A stretch of DNA of 63,981 nucleotides, counting the filler, from Octopus bimaculoides (taxonomy: Eukaryota): NCBI RefSeq assembly GCF_001194135.2. It is 4 parts of 4 records of this genome, joined end to end, with 100 filler letters (N's around TTAATTAATTAA, not from the genome) between each part and the next. Parts side by side here need not be neighbours in the genome. Positions count along the whole stretch, not along the records: positions 61,901 to 63,981 come from NC_069006.1; 3 more parts are not named here. One strand, given 5' to 3'. The position numbers and the translations under genes were made by a program. Positions 63,480 through 63,981 of this stretch are shown here, one piece after another (the stretch's first letter is position 1; each line of letters begins with the position of its first letter). Under the pieces are notes generated by a model. It was not told the DNA's origin, did not search any database, and worked only from the letters and a program-made list of their open reading frames with translations.

Positions 63480-63981
63480 ATGAATAGATATTTCTGTCTG
63501 TTTTGTGTGCGTGTGTTTCTATATGTGTGTATGTATTTATGTACATATATTCTAAAATATGTGTATATTTATGCATATTTGTTCTTAGATGTGTGTGTAT
63601 ATATATGCTTGTATACATTTATGTACATATATTCATAAACGCCTATTTATATATTTAGGTATATATCTTCTTAGATGTGTGTATGTATATATATATGTAT
63701 GTCTGTGTGTATTTATATATGCGAGTCTGTGTTTGTTTTTTAGTATGTGTGTGTATATATTTCTGTGCACATGTTTCTTAAATGTCTGTATATATTTATG
63801 TATATATATTCTTAGATGTGTATGTACGTCTGTGTATGTGTGTATACATATATGTACATATGTTCATAAGCGCCTGTTTATATATTTTAGATATATGTGT
63901 CCTTAAATGTGTGTGTGTCTGTGTGTATATGCTCCCGTGTGTGTGTATGTTTGTGTATGGATATATATATATATATATATA
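63480..63981. repeat. TA/TG-rich degenerate minisatellite with ~230-bp higher-order period
   Basis: ttcttagatgtg at ~63580, ~63668 and ~63809; cataa.cgcct.tttata at ~63633 and ~63865. Confidence 0.7.

Overview
AT-rich, microsatellite-dense eukaryotic genomic DNA with many assembly gaps. It is most likely a coleoid cephalopod (Octopus-type), inferred from the repeat families and not proven. Most of the window is transposon debris: three tRNA-derived SINE families (here called A, B, C), RTE, CR1/Jockey-like and R4/NeSL-like (REL-endonuclease) LINE fragments, a Penelope-like GIY-YIG fragment, and hAT, piggyBac (TTAA) and Tigger-type MITEs. No complete host gene can be identified. There are candidate short minus-strand exons encoding a coiled-coil segment (~21.9-23.5 kb), a CpG-retaining promoter-like zone (~29.9-35.6 kb), possible terminal exons at ~51.4-52.3 kb (minus strand) and several plus-strand exon-like units. 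The most striking structures are a near-perfect 390-bp palindrome (55137-55526), a snap-back hairpin at a SINE 3' end (~21.4 kb) and a dense co-oriented SINE cluster in (TAA)n tracts (57.0-59.6 kb). I found no rRNA, true tRNA or CRISPR array, and I cannot support a claim of a new biological system. Repeat boundaries are approximate unless TSDs are given.
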